This document shows positions 37,640 to 52,505 of a stretch of 64,000 bases of DNA, in pieces. Position numbers and translations under genes: made by a program. Under the pieces are notes generated by a model. It was given only the letters and a program-made list of their open reading frames with translations. It did no database searches and was not told the origin of the DNA. The stretch is from the human T2T-CHM13v2.0 reference genome, Homo sapiens. Location: the NCBI RefSeq assembly GCF_009914755.1, contig NC_060934.1, one strand, 5' to 3'. Position 1 is the stretch's first letter. Every line of letters begins with the position of its first letter.

Positions 37640-38860
37640 TCATCTTTTTTTCCTGAATCTATCATACAGGGTCAGTGGATTGGGCTTTTCACTGTGGACT
37701 CTACTTATATATGCCCTTCCTCAGATATATTTCCCTGTTTAGGGGTAACCACTGCCATTCATTAAGACTGTTTATACTGCTTTTACCAAAAGTCTAAAGG
37801 CCTTGTTAAATATCAATAAACATGTCTCTGCTCTTAACTTACTTGATCTTCCCATTACATACTGTTGACATCCATCTCCAATTAAAGTTGTCTCCTTTGT
37901 TGACTTTTATGACACTGGTATCCTTGTTCTCTTATTTTCCCTGATTTCCATAGATCTCTTTCCCTGATTTTCATAGATCTCTTTCAATGGCAGCACACTA
38001 GGTTAATCTACAAATTTATTAAACCACTAAACTTTTTTCCAGTCTTATCCCCATGATAGTCTTTAGATCTAGCATTTCTCCATCTCTACAGACACTTCAT
38101 TGAAGCCCCATTATCTTTCATCTTTGATGTTGCTATCCCTTCTAATGGCTCTCTTTGCTTTTATTTTTATGCTTCCTTAAATCTTTCCTCCCAACTACTT
38201 CAGATCCTCTCAGTTTCCTCTGTTCTGTTCCCTACTTTTCTAAAGATAGTAATACCAGGTCCTCTATTAATTGACTCTAGATCTCCTCTCTAGTTTCATT
38301 TCTTCCTTGCTTTCCTCTGGATCTGTCACATTAAACATCTTATAGAGCCCATTATACATATTGCTTCAATCCTACATGTCTTTGCACATGATGTGTACTT
38401 CGCTTTTCTCCCACTTATCTACCTGGGGATCTCCTTTGGTCTTTCAAAACCATTTTCAGGCATCATGTCCTCTTGAAAGATTTTCTAACACCTTTACCAT
38501 TCCACTCTGAGCAGAACGAATAGCTTTCTAGTCTCTGAATCAATTTATACATATGTTATTGCATATAATGTCCTATGTTTTAATTCCTTCTTTACATATA
38601 TGACTTTTTTAAAAAACATGAGATTGAATACTTTTGGGTAGGACTTGCCATAGGCTCCACCACTCAATACTGATACATTAAAAAAAAAGCTGCCTCACAC
38701 AGTTTCTCTTACCTTCTTAGCTACCAATGGCATTTGAGTTTTCATCCAAACTCTGATTAAACTATTAGTATGTAAGCTTCTTGAGGGTAGTAACCTTTGT
38801 CTTATTTGCTATGCTTATCAAATAGTAGTTACTCAATGAATAAGTAGATGAATGAGTGGG
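37640..38860 (+). mobile_element. L2 fragments
   Basis: Pyrimidine-rich L2 body, TGTAAGCTTCTTGAGGGTAG, ending GATGAATGAG. Confidence 0.6.
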
Positions 38861-39763
38861 TAAAAAAGTCCATTGGATTGCTCAGAAACGCCTTACCTTT
38901 CATTATAGTCTTTTGTCAATTTAGCCACTTTGAGCACCATGATGGAGGTTAGATGGGATTCCTGTGGTCATCTCATTTCTAAGAGGTAAAGCCTTGAACT
39001 AGATATGGGTTTTTGAATGAGTCAGGCTAAAGCTCCTTCTTTCACAACACTTGGCCTCAATCACGGACTGGAAGATTTTGCTTTTAATACCTTGGCCAGT
39101 AACATGTATAGATTCTCAGCATTGTATATTAGTAGCCCTTTATATATAAACCTCAAGAAAACTGATCCAAGAAGACTGAAGAGCAAGTTCTAGAAACCCT
39201 GTGGGCCGGGAGTGCCTCTGTAAAATAACTTTTCACACTACTGAGAAGAATGTGAGAGGGAAAAGAATTAAAGAAAAAATAAGAAAAAATGTTCTCTTTC
39301 TCCCTCTAGCATCCTTTTGCTCTAATTTCCTAAGACCTTTCTGGCCTTGTCCCATGGCTTCTAGGTTTTATTCTTTTGTTTTAACACAGACATCGAATCA
39401 GTGTTTTTTATTGTTAGCCTTCGTTAAGTGTTCTCTGAAGATAGAGTATATAAATCAGAAACACAAAGGAAACCTTCTGTGAGGGAATCTTGGCATTTTG
39501 GGGAGGCTGCCAAACATCTAAGCCACCTTCTGTTTGGTGAGTCTGGTAGGAGGTGAGGGTTCCACCTTAAACTGTGGAAGTTGAAAAAGGCCAAATCCTT
39601 TAGACCGCTGACCACTAGGACACAACCTAAGTTCCTGAGCTTAGTCTGTCAGACCATCCCCGCCAGAACTTTGTGTCTGGAGTGAATGTCACAAAGAAGC
39701 AGGGACAGTTTCGGGTTCACACCAGTGCCAGCAGTGGTAGCATTGAGTGTCCTTCACAGTTGC

Positions 39764-40016
<253 letters not shown>

Positions 40017-41289
40017 ATTTTTTTCTTACTCTTTTCCTCCTCCTCCTCGTCATTCTGTAGCCATCAATACCACTTCAGCTCCATTTCAGTTCAAGCTAGT
40101 GGATTACACTAGATACTTATATCTGAATCATGAATAATCAGCTTTCCTCCACATGGGATTGGCAAGTGTGACAAATACTGGTAATCACTTTGCACAGAAT
40201 GCAAACATACCTAATACGATCCTCAGGGAATGTAGTTGCATGACAACAGCTTGAGACTTTAGACAAATGAGGGGATGTAAATATAAATATACTTAAAACC
40301 ATTTTTTCCGTGCAGTACAGACAATAAGCAGACTTCAGATCTAATAGCAATCCACATAACTCAGTTTTAGAAGTCAATAAAATGTACTTAATAATGAGGT
40401 ATCTTAAGCATTATGTGTTTTCTAAGATATAAACAAGTTTTACCCATTTTCCCCCTCTTTGGAGTAGGTGGTAAAGATGGACATTTTCAGTTCCATGTGT
40501 CAAGAATAGAAAGGCCTTTTTTGGTATACGTTTTGTTACAGTTTAATTTCTCTATAAACAATGTGAAATGTGTCTTAGTACTAATAGTTTTCAGAGTAGT
40601 TATAATGGGGCACATTTAAAGATAAAGAATGTTTTTGACTCACAATCCATTTGCTCCCTGCCATTTTTCTATCTTTTATTCCTACCCCACCAGGCTGCAT
40701 TCCTGCCACAGTGCAAGGAACCTTTAAAATGACTTATTTGCTATGTCTGCATAGTGTTCAACCTGACTCTATTAGGGCCATGGTAATTTAATTTCTAATC
40801 AAAATTCTGTGTCTGACTAAAATAACAGCTACCATTTATTTTGAGGATCAATTATATGGTAGACTGGACAAGGATATATTCTCTTGAATCCTCAAATACC
40901 CATGCAAGGTAGGGTTAGTGTCCTAGCTATATATGGAAATAAAATTTGCCTACAATCCGAGTTAGGATTTGAACCCATATCTGTCACACTGAGAAGCCTG
41001 TGCCTGTTCACTTCTCCATACTTCTACCTACTTGCTTGATGTCTTCAGGAGACTTTGTGACAACAGAACAAGTTCCTTTTAACTAGTACTTAAATTAATC
41101 ATTTTGTTGTTTTAAAACAGACTTAAAACAAAAAGAAAAAAGAAAAAAAAAAGAAAACTTATAGCACCCAGAAAACTAGAGAAATCAGAAGAAAATAACT
41201 CTTTGGAGTCTAATATTCCTACTTTCCCCTATTGGGTACAAAGTAGCAAAGAAATAAAAGCAGCAAAGCACTGGAATTAAGAATGTCTA

Positions 41290-41586
41290 GGCCAGGCGCG
41301 GTGGCTCACGCCTGTAATCCCAGCACTTTGGGAGGCTGAGGTGGGTGGATCACCTGAGGTCAGGAGTTCCAGACCAGCCTGGCCAACATGGAGAAACCCC
41401 GTCTCTACTAAAAATACAAAAATTAGCCGGGCGTGGTGGTGGGAGCCTGTAATCCCAGCTACCTAGGAGGCTGAGGCAGGAGAATCGCTGGAACCCAGGA
41501 GGCAGAGGCTGCGGTGAGCTGAGATTGCACCACTGCACTCCAGCCTGGGTGACAAAGCAAGACTATCTCAAAAGAAAAAAAAAAAA
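41290..41586 (+). mobile_element. AluS
   Basis: Full dimer; TSD about AAGAATGTCTA/AAGAACACCTA. Confidence 0.95.
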
Positions 41587-43587
41587 GAACACCTAGTCCC
41601 TTGGCCAAGAAAATAGTTGTGAAAAGCAAACAGACTTTGAATGATTTCTGATGAATCAGTGCCACTATACACTGTTGATAACAATAGCATTAAAAACAAC
41701 CTGTGTTTTTGAGGCACTTTGTACTTTGCAGAAGACTTCGGAAGTCTAAAAGTGGTACCTTTAAGATGCTCCCAGAGTGAACAGCGCCACATTTGAAGGT
41801 GGCAGACCCAAGCAACAGGGAAAGCATTTAACAACAATCCTGAATTCTTTCCTGACTCACCTCCTATCCCAACTGCTTGGTTGCCAAACTCAGCGTTGCC
41901 TCTAGGTTAGTGCTGTCAGAAGCTTTCCAGTATCCTCATGAGAACACCCAAAGCCCGCCTTGACTTTGCTGCCTGCGATTACAGATCTTTAGTGTGGCAT
42001 GGTCTCTCATCCATACCTGTAACTCAGCATGCTTTCTGGTTTGGGTCACTGCCCAGCTTGCACCCAGAAGAGGGAGTTCTCCCTTCCGATATCCTATTTT
42101 CTAGGGAATTCACTCATTTATGACTTGGTAAGCTTTGAACATTACCTCTTCATCATCCCAAATCGAATTAGATAAATCATCCAAGAACCAAAAGCTTCTT
42201 ATCTTAATCAGTTGGCATAGTTAACTGATGTGGGCTCAACTCATAAAAATAAGTTCTGGATAGAAGTTTCCCATGACTCAACTGCTACTCCCCACCCAAG
42301 GTAGACACATATTTTATGACTCTGAACAACAACAACAAAATTTTCCCTTTTTCCTTGGAGCAGAAGTGGATTTAGAGAAATACAAATGAAATTGGAAACT
42401 ATTATTCTAAGAGGGACCTTTCTACTTTAGAGAAGGGAGTCAGTGATTGACTTTAGAGAGGGGGAGCTGCATGGTAGAGAAGGGATAAAGTTTCTTAGGA
42501 TCCTGCCTAAGGGGTCCTAAGGGTAAAGTTTCTTAGGATCCTGGGCTAGGAATGGAGCCCATTTGCCTTGGAGTGTGGGTGGGAGAGAGAAGACTGCTGG
42601 AGCCCTGAGGTCTTAGAAGCAGACTGGAGGCAGGACTGAAGTGGAGGGAAGCCAGAGTGGGTGTCCCCAGGCCTCTGCAGCAGCCTGTAGCATCCTAGAG
42701 CGTGAAAGGTTGTCATGAGCCTCCCACCTGCATGCACCACTACCCATAAGCCAGAGAGACCCAAGCAAGGCATTTTCCTCTGCTTTACCTCTAAGCATAA
42801 TCCACCACCACTACCAGTAATAAAAAGCAGGTAACATTTATGGAGCACACTTACTCTGTGCCAGATATTTTTGAAGTGCTTTATATGGATGATCTCATCT
42901 TCACCATCTGTGGTTGGTAAAACTATCACCCCCATTTGCCAGATGAAGAAACATAACGGTTATGTAAATTGCCCTAGGTCATATAACTAGTACAGCAGGA
43001 TATAAACTACATAAAATCATGTATGCACATGAAGCTCTGTTTTCCTTGTCCTTGAAATCTAAAAATTGGGACTGTTTTGAATATTAGTCTTACTCCAGCT
43101 GAATGGTCATAAATGCAATCTGGAAGGTTATAGAGAATAGGCCTTACATTGCACTCAAGTGCTTACTGTGATCCACATGGAATCATTCCCCACCCCACCC
43201 AAGAAAAACAGGAATAGTGATGGCTTCTCTACTCTGTTCAGCTCATTCTATTTAGTCCCTCACATATGATAGATTTTCCTTTTGAACTCTTGGGGCTGCC
43301 CATGCCATTGCTCTCACTGTTGCTGAGGAGCTTCTGCCCTCTATGGACTCCTTCATTTCTTTCCATCCCGATTCCTCCATCTCTGCTACACACCCACTCC
43401 TTTTTCTTCAAGGTCCAGCACCTGTTAACATTTAGCCTTTTTTGCACTGTCAAAAGTAACCAGCTTTGCAGTATTATGACAAAAAGGTTTCTGGCCCTTT
43501 CTTTGCTTGTAGTCACATGACAAATGTTCTCTTTAGTACAACTAGTTTAAAAGGGCACAGACCAAGAAGACATTGAGCAATTCTCCC

Positions 43588-43588
<1 letters not shown>

Positions 43589-43637
<49 letters not shown>
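43589..43637. repeat. (AC)24 microsatellite
   Basis: Perfect dinucleotide run. Confidence 0.98.
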
Positions 43638-43640
<3 letters not shown>

Positions 43641-44078
43641 TCATACAAATAACTGAGAGGGAAATTACAGAAACGAAATGTAGTTGTCTTGGTATCGGTG
43701 TGGGATTGGTTCCAGGACCCTTTGTGGATACCAAAATCCACAGATGTTCAAGTCCCTTATATAAAGTGATGTAGTATATACATATAATCTATGCATATCC
43801 TCTTATATAGAGGCATCCCTCAGAGATATTGCAGGGTTGGTTCTAGACCACTGTAATACAAATATCACAGTAAGTGAGTCGCACAAATTTTTTTGGTTTC
43901 CCAGTGCATATAAAAGTTACTTTTATGCTATACTGTAGTCTATTAACTGTGCAATAGCATAATGTCTAAAAGAGTGCATACCTTAATTAAAAAATACTGC
44001 TAAAAATACTAACAATCATCTGAGCCTTCAGTGAGTCATAATCTTTTTGCCTCAGTGTTGATGGCTGCTGACTGATCA

Positions 44079-44537
<459 letters not shown>

Positions 44538-45323
44538 TCAAAATTGGAGTCAGTCCTCTCTAATGCTGCCACTGCATTATCACCTAAAGTTTATGTAATA
44601 TTCTAGATCCTTTGTCAGTTCAACAATGTTCACAGCATTTTACCAGTAGAATCCATCCCAGGAAAACCATTAAAAAGTTTTTTTTGCTCATCCATGAAAA
44701 GTAACTTCTCATCTGCTCAAGTTTTATCATGAGATTGCAGAAATTCAGTCACATCTTTATGCTCTACTTCTAACTCTAGTCCTCTTGCTAATTCCACCAC
44801 ATCTGCAGTTACTTCCTCCACTGAAGTCTTGAATCCTCATAGTCATCCATGAGGACTGGAGTCACCTTCTTCCAAACTTCTGTTAATGCTGCTATTTTGA
44901 CCTCCCATGAATCATGAATGTTCTTAATGGCATCTAGAATGGTGAATCCTTTCCAGAAGGCATTCAATTTACTTTGCCCACATCCATCAGAGGAATCATT
45001 ATCTATGGCAGCTGCAGCCTTATGAAGTATATTTCTTAAATAACAGGACTTGAAAGTTTAAGTTACTCTTTGATCCTTGGGCTGCAGAATGGATATTGTG
45101 TTAGGCATGAAAACAACATTAATCTCCTTGTACATCTCCATCAGAGCTCATGTGTGATGAGGTGCATTGTCAATGAGCAGTAATATTTTGAAAAAAATAT
45201 TCTGAGCTGTGGGTCTAAACAGTGAGCTTAAAATGTTCAGTAAATTATGCTGTAAAAAGATATGCTTCATCCAGGCTTTGTTGTTCCATGTATAGAGCAC
45301 CAGGAAGAGTAGATTTAGCATGA

Positions 45324-45628
<305 letters not shown>

Positions 45629-46794
45629 TATTTAGCATGATTCTTAAGGGCCCTAGGATTTTTGGAATGGAAAATCAGCATTGGCTTCAACTTAAAGTCC
45701 CAAGTTGCATTAGCCCCCAACAAGAGAGCCATCCTGTCTTTCGAAGCTTTGAAGCCAGGCATTGACTTCTCCTCTTTAACTATGAAAATCCTAAATGCCT
45801 ATTCTCCCAATATAAGGCTGTTCTGTCTACACTGAAAGTTTGTTGTTTAGTGTAGCCATCTTCATCAATGATTTTAACTGGATCTTCTAGATAACTTGCT
45901 GCAGCTTCCACATCAGCACTTGCTGCTTCGCTTTGCATTTTTGTTATGGAGACAGCTTTTTTCCTTAAACCTCAGGATTCCACCTCTGCTAACTACCAAC
46001 TTTTCTTTTGTGGATTTCTCACCTCTCTCAACCTTCATAGAATTGAAGAGAGTTAGGGCCTTGCTCTGGAATAGGCTTTGGCTTAAAGGAATATCGTGGC
46101 TTCTTTGATCTTCTATCTAGACCACTAAAATTTTATCCATATCAGCAATAACGCTGTTTCACTTTCTTATCATTTTTCTGTTCACTGGAGGAGCACTTTT
46201 AATTTCTTCAAGGACTTTTCCTTTATATTCACAACTTGGCTAATTGCTTGGTGCAAGAGTCCTAGCTTTCAGATTATACTGGCTTTGGACATGCCTTACT
46301 TACTAAGCATAATTATTTCTAGCTTTTGATTTCCAGTGAGAGACATACAGCTCTTCCTTTTACTTGAACATTCAGAAGCCATTGAAGGGTTATTAATTAG
46401 CCTAATTTCAATATCATTGTGTCTCAGGGAACAGGGAGGCCCAAGGAGAGGGAGAGATATGGGGAACAGCTGATCAGTGGAACAGTCAGAACACAAAACA
46501 TTTATCAATTAAGTTTACTGTCTTACATAAGAGTGGTTCATGGCACCCCAAAACAATTAAAATAGTAACATCAAAGATCATTTAATACAGATCACAGTAA
46601 CAGATATAATAATAATGAAAAAGTTTGAAATATTGCAAGAACTACCAAAATGTGACACCAAGACATGAAGTGAGTGTGTACTGTTGGACAAATGGTGCTG
46701 ATAAGCTTGCTAAATGCAGGGTTGCCACAAACCTTCAATTTTTTTTTTCTGAAGAGGAGTGTATGCAAAGCACAATAATATGAAGTATGCTTGC

Positions 46795-47561
<767 letters not shown>

Positions 47562-47658
47562 CTAGGTTAGATATAATACCTAATACAATGTAAATGCTAT
47601 GTAAATAGTTGTTGTTCTGTATTGTTTAGAGAATAATTGACACAAAAAAAGTCTATAA

Positions 47659-47975
<317 letters not shown>

Positions 47976-48372
47976 GCAACCACCCATTTTGTTAAAGACA
48001 TTTTTGATCCATGCTTGGTTGAATCCACAGATGCAGAACACGTGGACTGGAGGGCCTGGTGTAGTCATGATGCTAGTAGGATTTTAGGTGGCTTTTTTCT
48101 TCTTTCAAAATATCCTTGATATTGTTATATTATTTCACTGGTAAAATATTAAGTATATTAAATCTATACACGTTTATTTGATTCATACTGGCCAGCTTTA
48201 ATATATTCTATTTTATCCATTTCTTCTTTTCAAGTCCCTTCTGTCCCAGGATTTTCCCAGATGTCTGTGCAAATGGAAAACTAGGTTGATTTTGTTAAGT
48301 ATCAATGACTTTCAAATGCAGTAAAGATGAATTGGGGATTTAAAAAATACATATTTCCATTTAAAGTCATTT

Positions 48373-48804
48373 TGAAACCAACCCAATTGCCCCATGGACT
48401 GTTCTATTTGATAAACATAGAAATTGACCCTTCTGGTCTTAAAAAGCCTGAAACTTACATTTGTTTTATCTGAGTTCATTCCTCAGGAAATGACCTTTAG
48501 GCCTCTCAGAAAAGTATGAAAGAACTGAAATCAGATCACCACACCAGATGCCGACCCCTAATTCCCCAAGATTGCTTCCTTGCCTCTCCCAGGTTCCTGT
48601 TTTCTTACACATTTTTATCTCTCTTGCCTGCCAAATGAACACCTGGTTTTAGTCAGGGAGATGGATTTGAGACTGAGCTCCCATCTCCTTGGCTGCAGCA
48701 CCTGATTAAAGCCTTCTTCCTTGGCAATACTCGGCATCATAGTGATTGGCTTTCTGTGCAGCGAGCAGCAGGACCAAGACCGAACCCCTGGTTTTTCAGT
48801 AACA
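48373..48804 (+). mobile_element. ERV1-class solo LTR (LOR1a-like), second copy
   Basis: TGAAACC...CAGTAACA termini. Shares TAGAAATTGACCCTTCTGGTCTTAAA and TCTGAGTTC(A/C)TTCCTCAGGAAATGAC with 31530-31995. No clean TSD (ATTT/GGTT). Confidence 0.85.
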
Positions 48805-49915
48805 GGTTCTTCTACTCAGTATGAACACAGTAACCAGAAAAGATTTTCTCTGCTTTTACTGAAAGAATATTAAAATATTTCCTATATTTATAAATTAGAT
48901 ACTAGAAGACTTGAATGTGGAGAGGGAAGAAGAGTGGCCTGAATGCCAGACCCTACCACCCTGTGCCAAACACATCCTGGGATTAATGGAAAATCACTAA
49001 GATGGCCACAATTTCTTAGTATAGAATTTTTCCCTTACTCATCATGTAAAATACAACTGTAAACATAGGGCTTATGGGTCTCCTTGCTTGGAGATTCTGT
49101 CTTAATGGGCCTTGTATAGGCCCCAGAAATGATATTTTTGACAGGTACACTCCAGGTGATTCTTACGTCAGGGAACATTAGTAAATACTAATGTGACAAA
49201 AATAGCTACTATTTACTTGGTACTATTTTGTTCTAGGTATGATAAGTATTTTACAAGAATTATTTCATTTAAGCCTTATAACAATCCTCTTGATTTGAAA
49301 TTATAAATTTTTTTTGCATTTAAAATTGACATGACAGTTTCAACTCTTCTTACACAGAAGCATTTATTTTGTTATTGTAGTAAAAGTTAGGGCAATTGTT
49401 TATAAGGTAGGGAAGTCCCTCATAATGCTGATATTTTAACTCCAATTTATGCCCAACCTACTCTTCTTTATCCTTCCTTGACTTTTTTCAGAGTGGCCTT
49501 CAGATTGGTGGTTTCTGAATAATTTCTAGTTCTCAGAAACTTTAATGGTTTCATCCTAATAAATGTATCCCATGTCCAAACCAATGGTACAAAAATTTCC
49601 CACTTAAAAAGGTCTTAAGAGTTACTAGAGAATGGAAAACCAGCCCTTGCTTTCCTGAGCCTTTGCATGTATTGGGAAAGTAGTTATTTAAAAAAATCTA
49701 ATTATGGGTATGCATCTAGTTATGTATGACTGTACTAATAGCACTGGATCCGCCCAACTCTGCCACTGACTTGCTATGTGACTCCTGACACTCTTTGGTT
49801 TCTGCCCTGTCTACCTCCTAGGATGGTGAAATCAAACAAAAAAATGGCTGATAAAGAGGAGACAGAAGAAAGGAAGTGTATTATTACTGTTCGTAGAATT
49901 TTCTTTGGCCATATA

Positions 49916-50260
49916 CAGTCTTCCCACCATATCCGTGGGCTGCACATCCACGAATCCAACCAACTGTAGATCAGAAATATTTTTTTGGGAAAAAAAAAAC
50001 TGGATGGTTGCATCTGTCCTGAACATGTGTAGGCTTTTTTCTTGTCATTCACTAACTAGTACAGTATAACTATTTACATGACATGTACATTGTATTAGGT
50101 ATTATAAGTAATCTAGAAATGATTTAAAGTATATAGGAGGGTGTGCATAGGTTATATGCAAATACTATGCCATTTTATATCAGGGACTTGAGCATCTGTG
50201 GATTTTGTTATCTCCTGGGGGTCCTGGAACAAATCCCCTATGGATTCTGAGGGATGACTG
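49916..50260 (-). mobile_element. MER2, intact 345-bp copy
   Basis: TA|CAGTCTTCCC...GGGATGACTG|TA: TIRs and TA target duplication. Confidence 0.92.
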
Positions 50261-50962
50261 TATTAATAAAAGGAAGTGTATTTTGCAACAAAGTATGCTA
50301 TGTTCAAAGAATTGGTTGAGCATACAGTAGGATGATAATCAGACAGTTGAAACACTGGGAGTGAGCTGTCATGGGGTAGGATGGGTAGTCCTCACATTTC
50401 ATAGAGTATTTAGTACAGCAGAACAAATAAGGCATGATCACTTATCTTGAAGAGCTCACAATTAATAGAGAGGGCAGAGAGAAGGAAGAGATAGGAGAAT
50501 AAACAATGCTGTTAAGCCACAGGGCAAGGAGAGGGAATCTAGAGAGGGGAGAATCTAAGTACTGCCAAAAGTACTCTTGTGAGGGAGCAGATTTTGGAAC
50601 TGAGTTCCATCTCAGTTCCTGAGATCATTCCAGAATCACATTTTCTGAGAGGGTTTTAACAAAATATTTTAAAGGACCAGTGTGAGCCACATAAAGAATG
50701 AAAGATAATTGAGGGCCTACAGTTAGTAATAAACCCCAGTAGCTGCAATCTACTGAATGCTTCCTTTGTGTCAGGAACTTTGCCAATCATTTAACCTGCA
50801 TCATTCAGTCTAATTCTCTGTATAATCCAGTGAAGTATGGATTATTGACCTATTACATGGATGAGGAAACTGAGGCTCAGAGAAATTAAGTGACATGTCA
50901 AAGGTCTTACCGCTAAGTTTTATATGATATTCAAAGGAGTTCATTCTTCAGAAGTAATATGA

Positions 50963-51618
<656 letters not shown>

Positions 51619-51624
51619 GCTATA

Positions 51625-52200
51625 TTCAATTGTCAGAGGTAGAAATACCAGTTAGGAGGTTATTGCAGTTACTCAGATGAGAACTTAGGACCTAAGGTAG
51701 GGCTGTATGAATGGCGACAATTGAAGAGACTAGGAGATATGATGGACATGTTTTTGAACTGGATGGAGTAGCAGGGGGATTACCTGAGTGTTTCTCAAGT
51801 GTCTGACCTGGGCAAGAGATGGATGGTGATGCCATTCACAGAGAAGAGTATCTGAGCTGACTTCTTTTGAGGGGATGGGCATGTATTCATTTCTGGATAT
51901 GAGGAGTTTGAAGAGCCTGTGGGGTATCTGAGTGGAGAGACCTTGAAGGCTGCTGATACATGAGTTCTGGAGCTTAGGGCAGAGATATGGTGGGGGGAGA
52001 TAAAGACTAGGAATTGTCAGCACATTAATATTTACTAAAGTTTTGGGAATGGATAAGATCACTCAGAGTTTTGGTCTATCCCAATGGTAAAAGGATGGGT
52101 AGGAGAAGAGGATCTCGTTGGGACCAACTAATCAGGAGCACCTAGAGAAGTAGCAGGAGACCCAGCAAGAGGACTCTGAGGGAAGACAAAGGAAGAGAGA
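51625..52200 (-). mobile_element. L2 fragment
   Basis: CCAGTTAGGAGGTTATTGCAG, GGATGGTGATGCCATTCAC, GAGTTCTGGAGCTTAGGGCAGAG. Confidence 0.7.
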
Positions 52201-52214
52201 AGATGCTCAACAGG

Positions 52215-52505
52215 CTGAATGTTTAAAGGATACAAAATTGCAGCTAGAGGAGAAATGAGAAATAAGTTCTAGTGTTCTATACCACCGTAGGGTGACTATA
52301 GTTAACAATAATATATAGTTTCAAATAGGAGGATATTAAACTTTCACAACACCAAAAAATGACAAATATTTGAGATGATGTATATGATAACGACACTAAT
52401 CGATCACTACATTATATGTATGAAAACATTGCTCTGTACCCTATGAATGCGTACAATTATTTGTCAGTTAAAATACACTTTAAAAATTCCTCTTAAATAA
52501 AAGAT
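52215..52505 (+). mobile_element. L1MA 3' end
   Basis: AAAGGATACAAAATTGCAGCTAG...GGGTGACTATAGTTAACAATAAT. Confidence 0.8.

Noticed and set aside
41782-41805. CTCF-like motif (CAGCGCCAC...AGGTGGCAG)
   Set aside because: Only the 3' half of CCASYAGRKGGCRS matches in either orientation; too weak to call.
49869-50282. 14-bp direct repeat AAAGGAAGTGTATT bracketing MER2 as a target-site duplication
   Set aside because: MER2 already has its canonical TA duplication and the 14-mers are not adjacent to its ends; likely a small older local duplication or chance.
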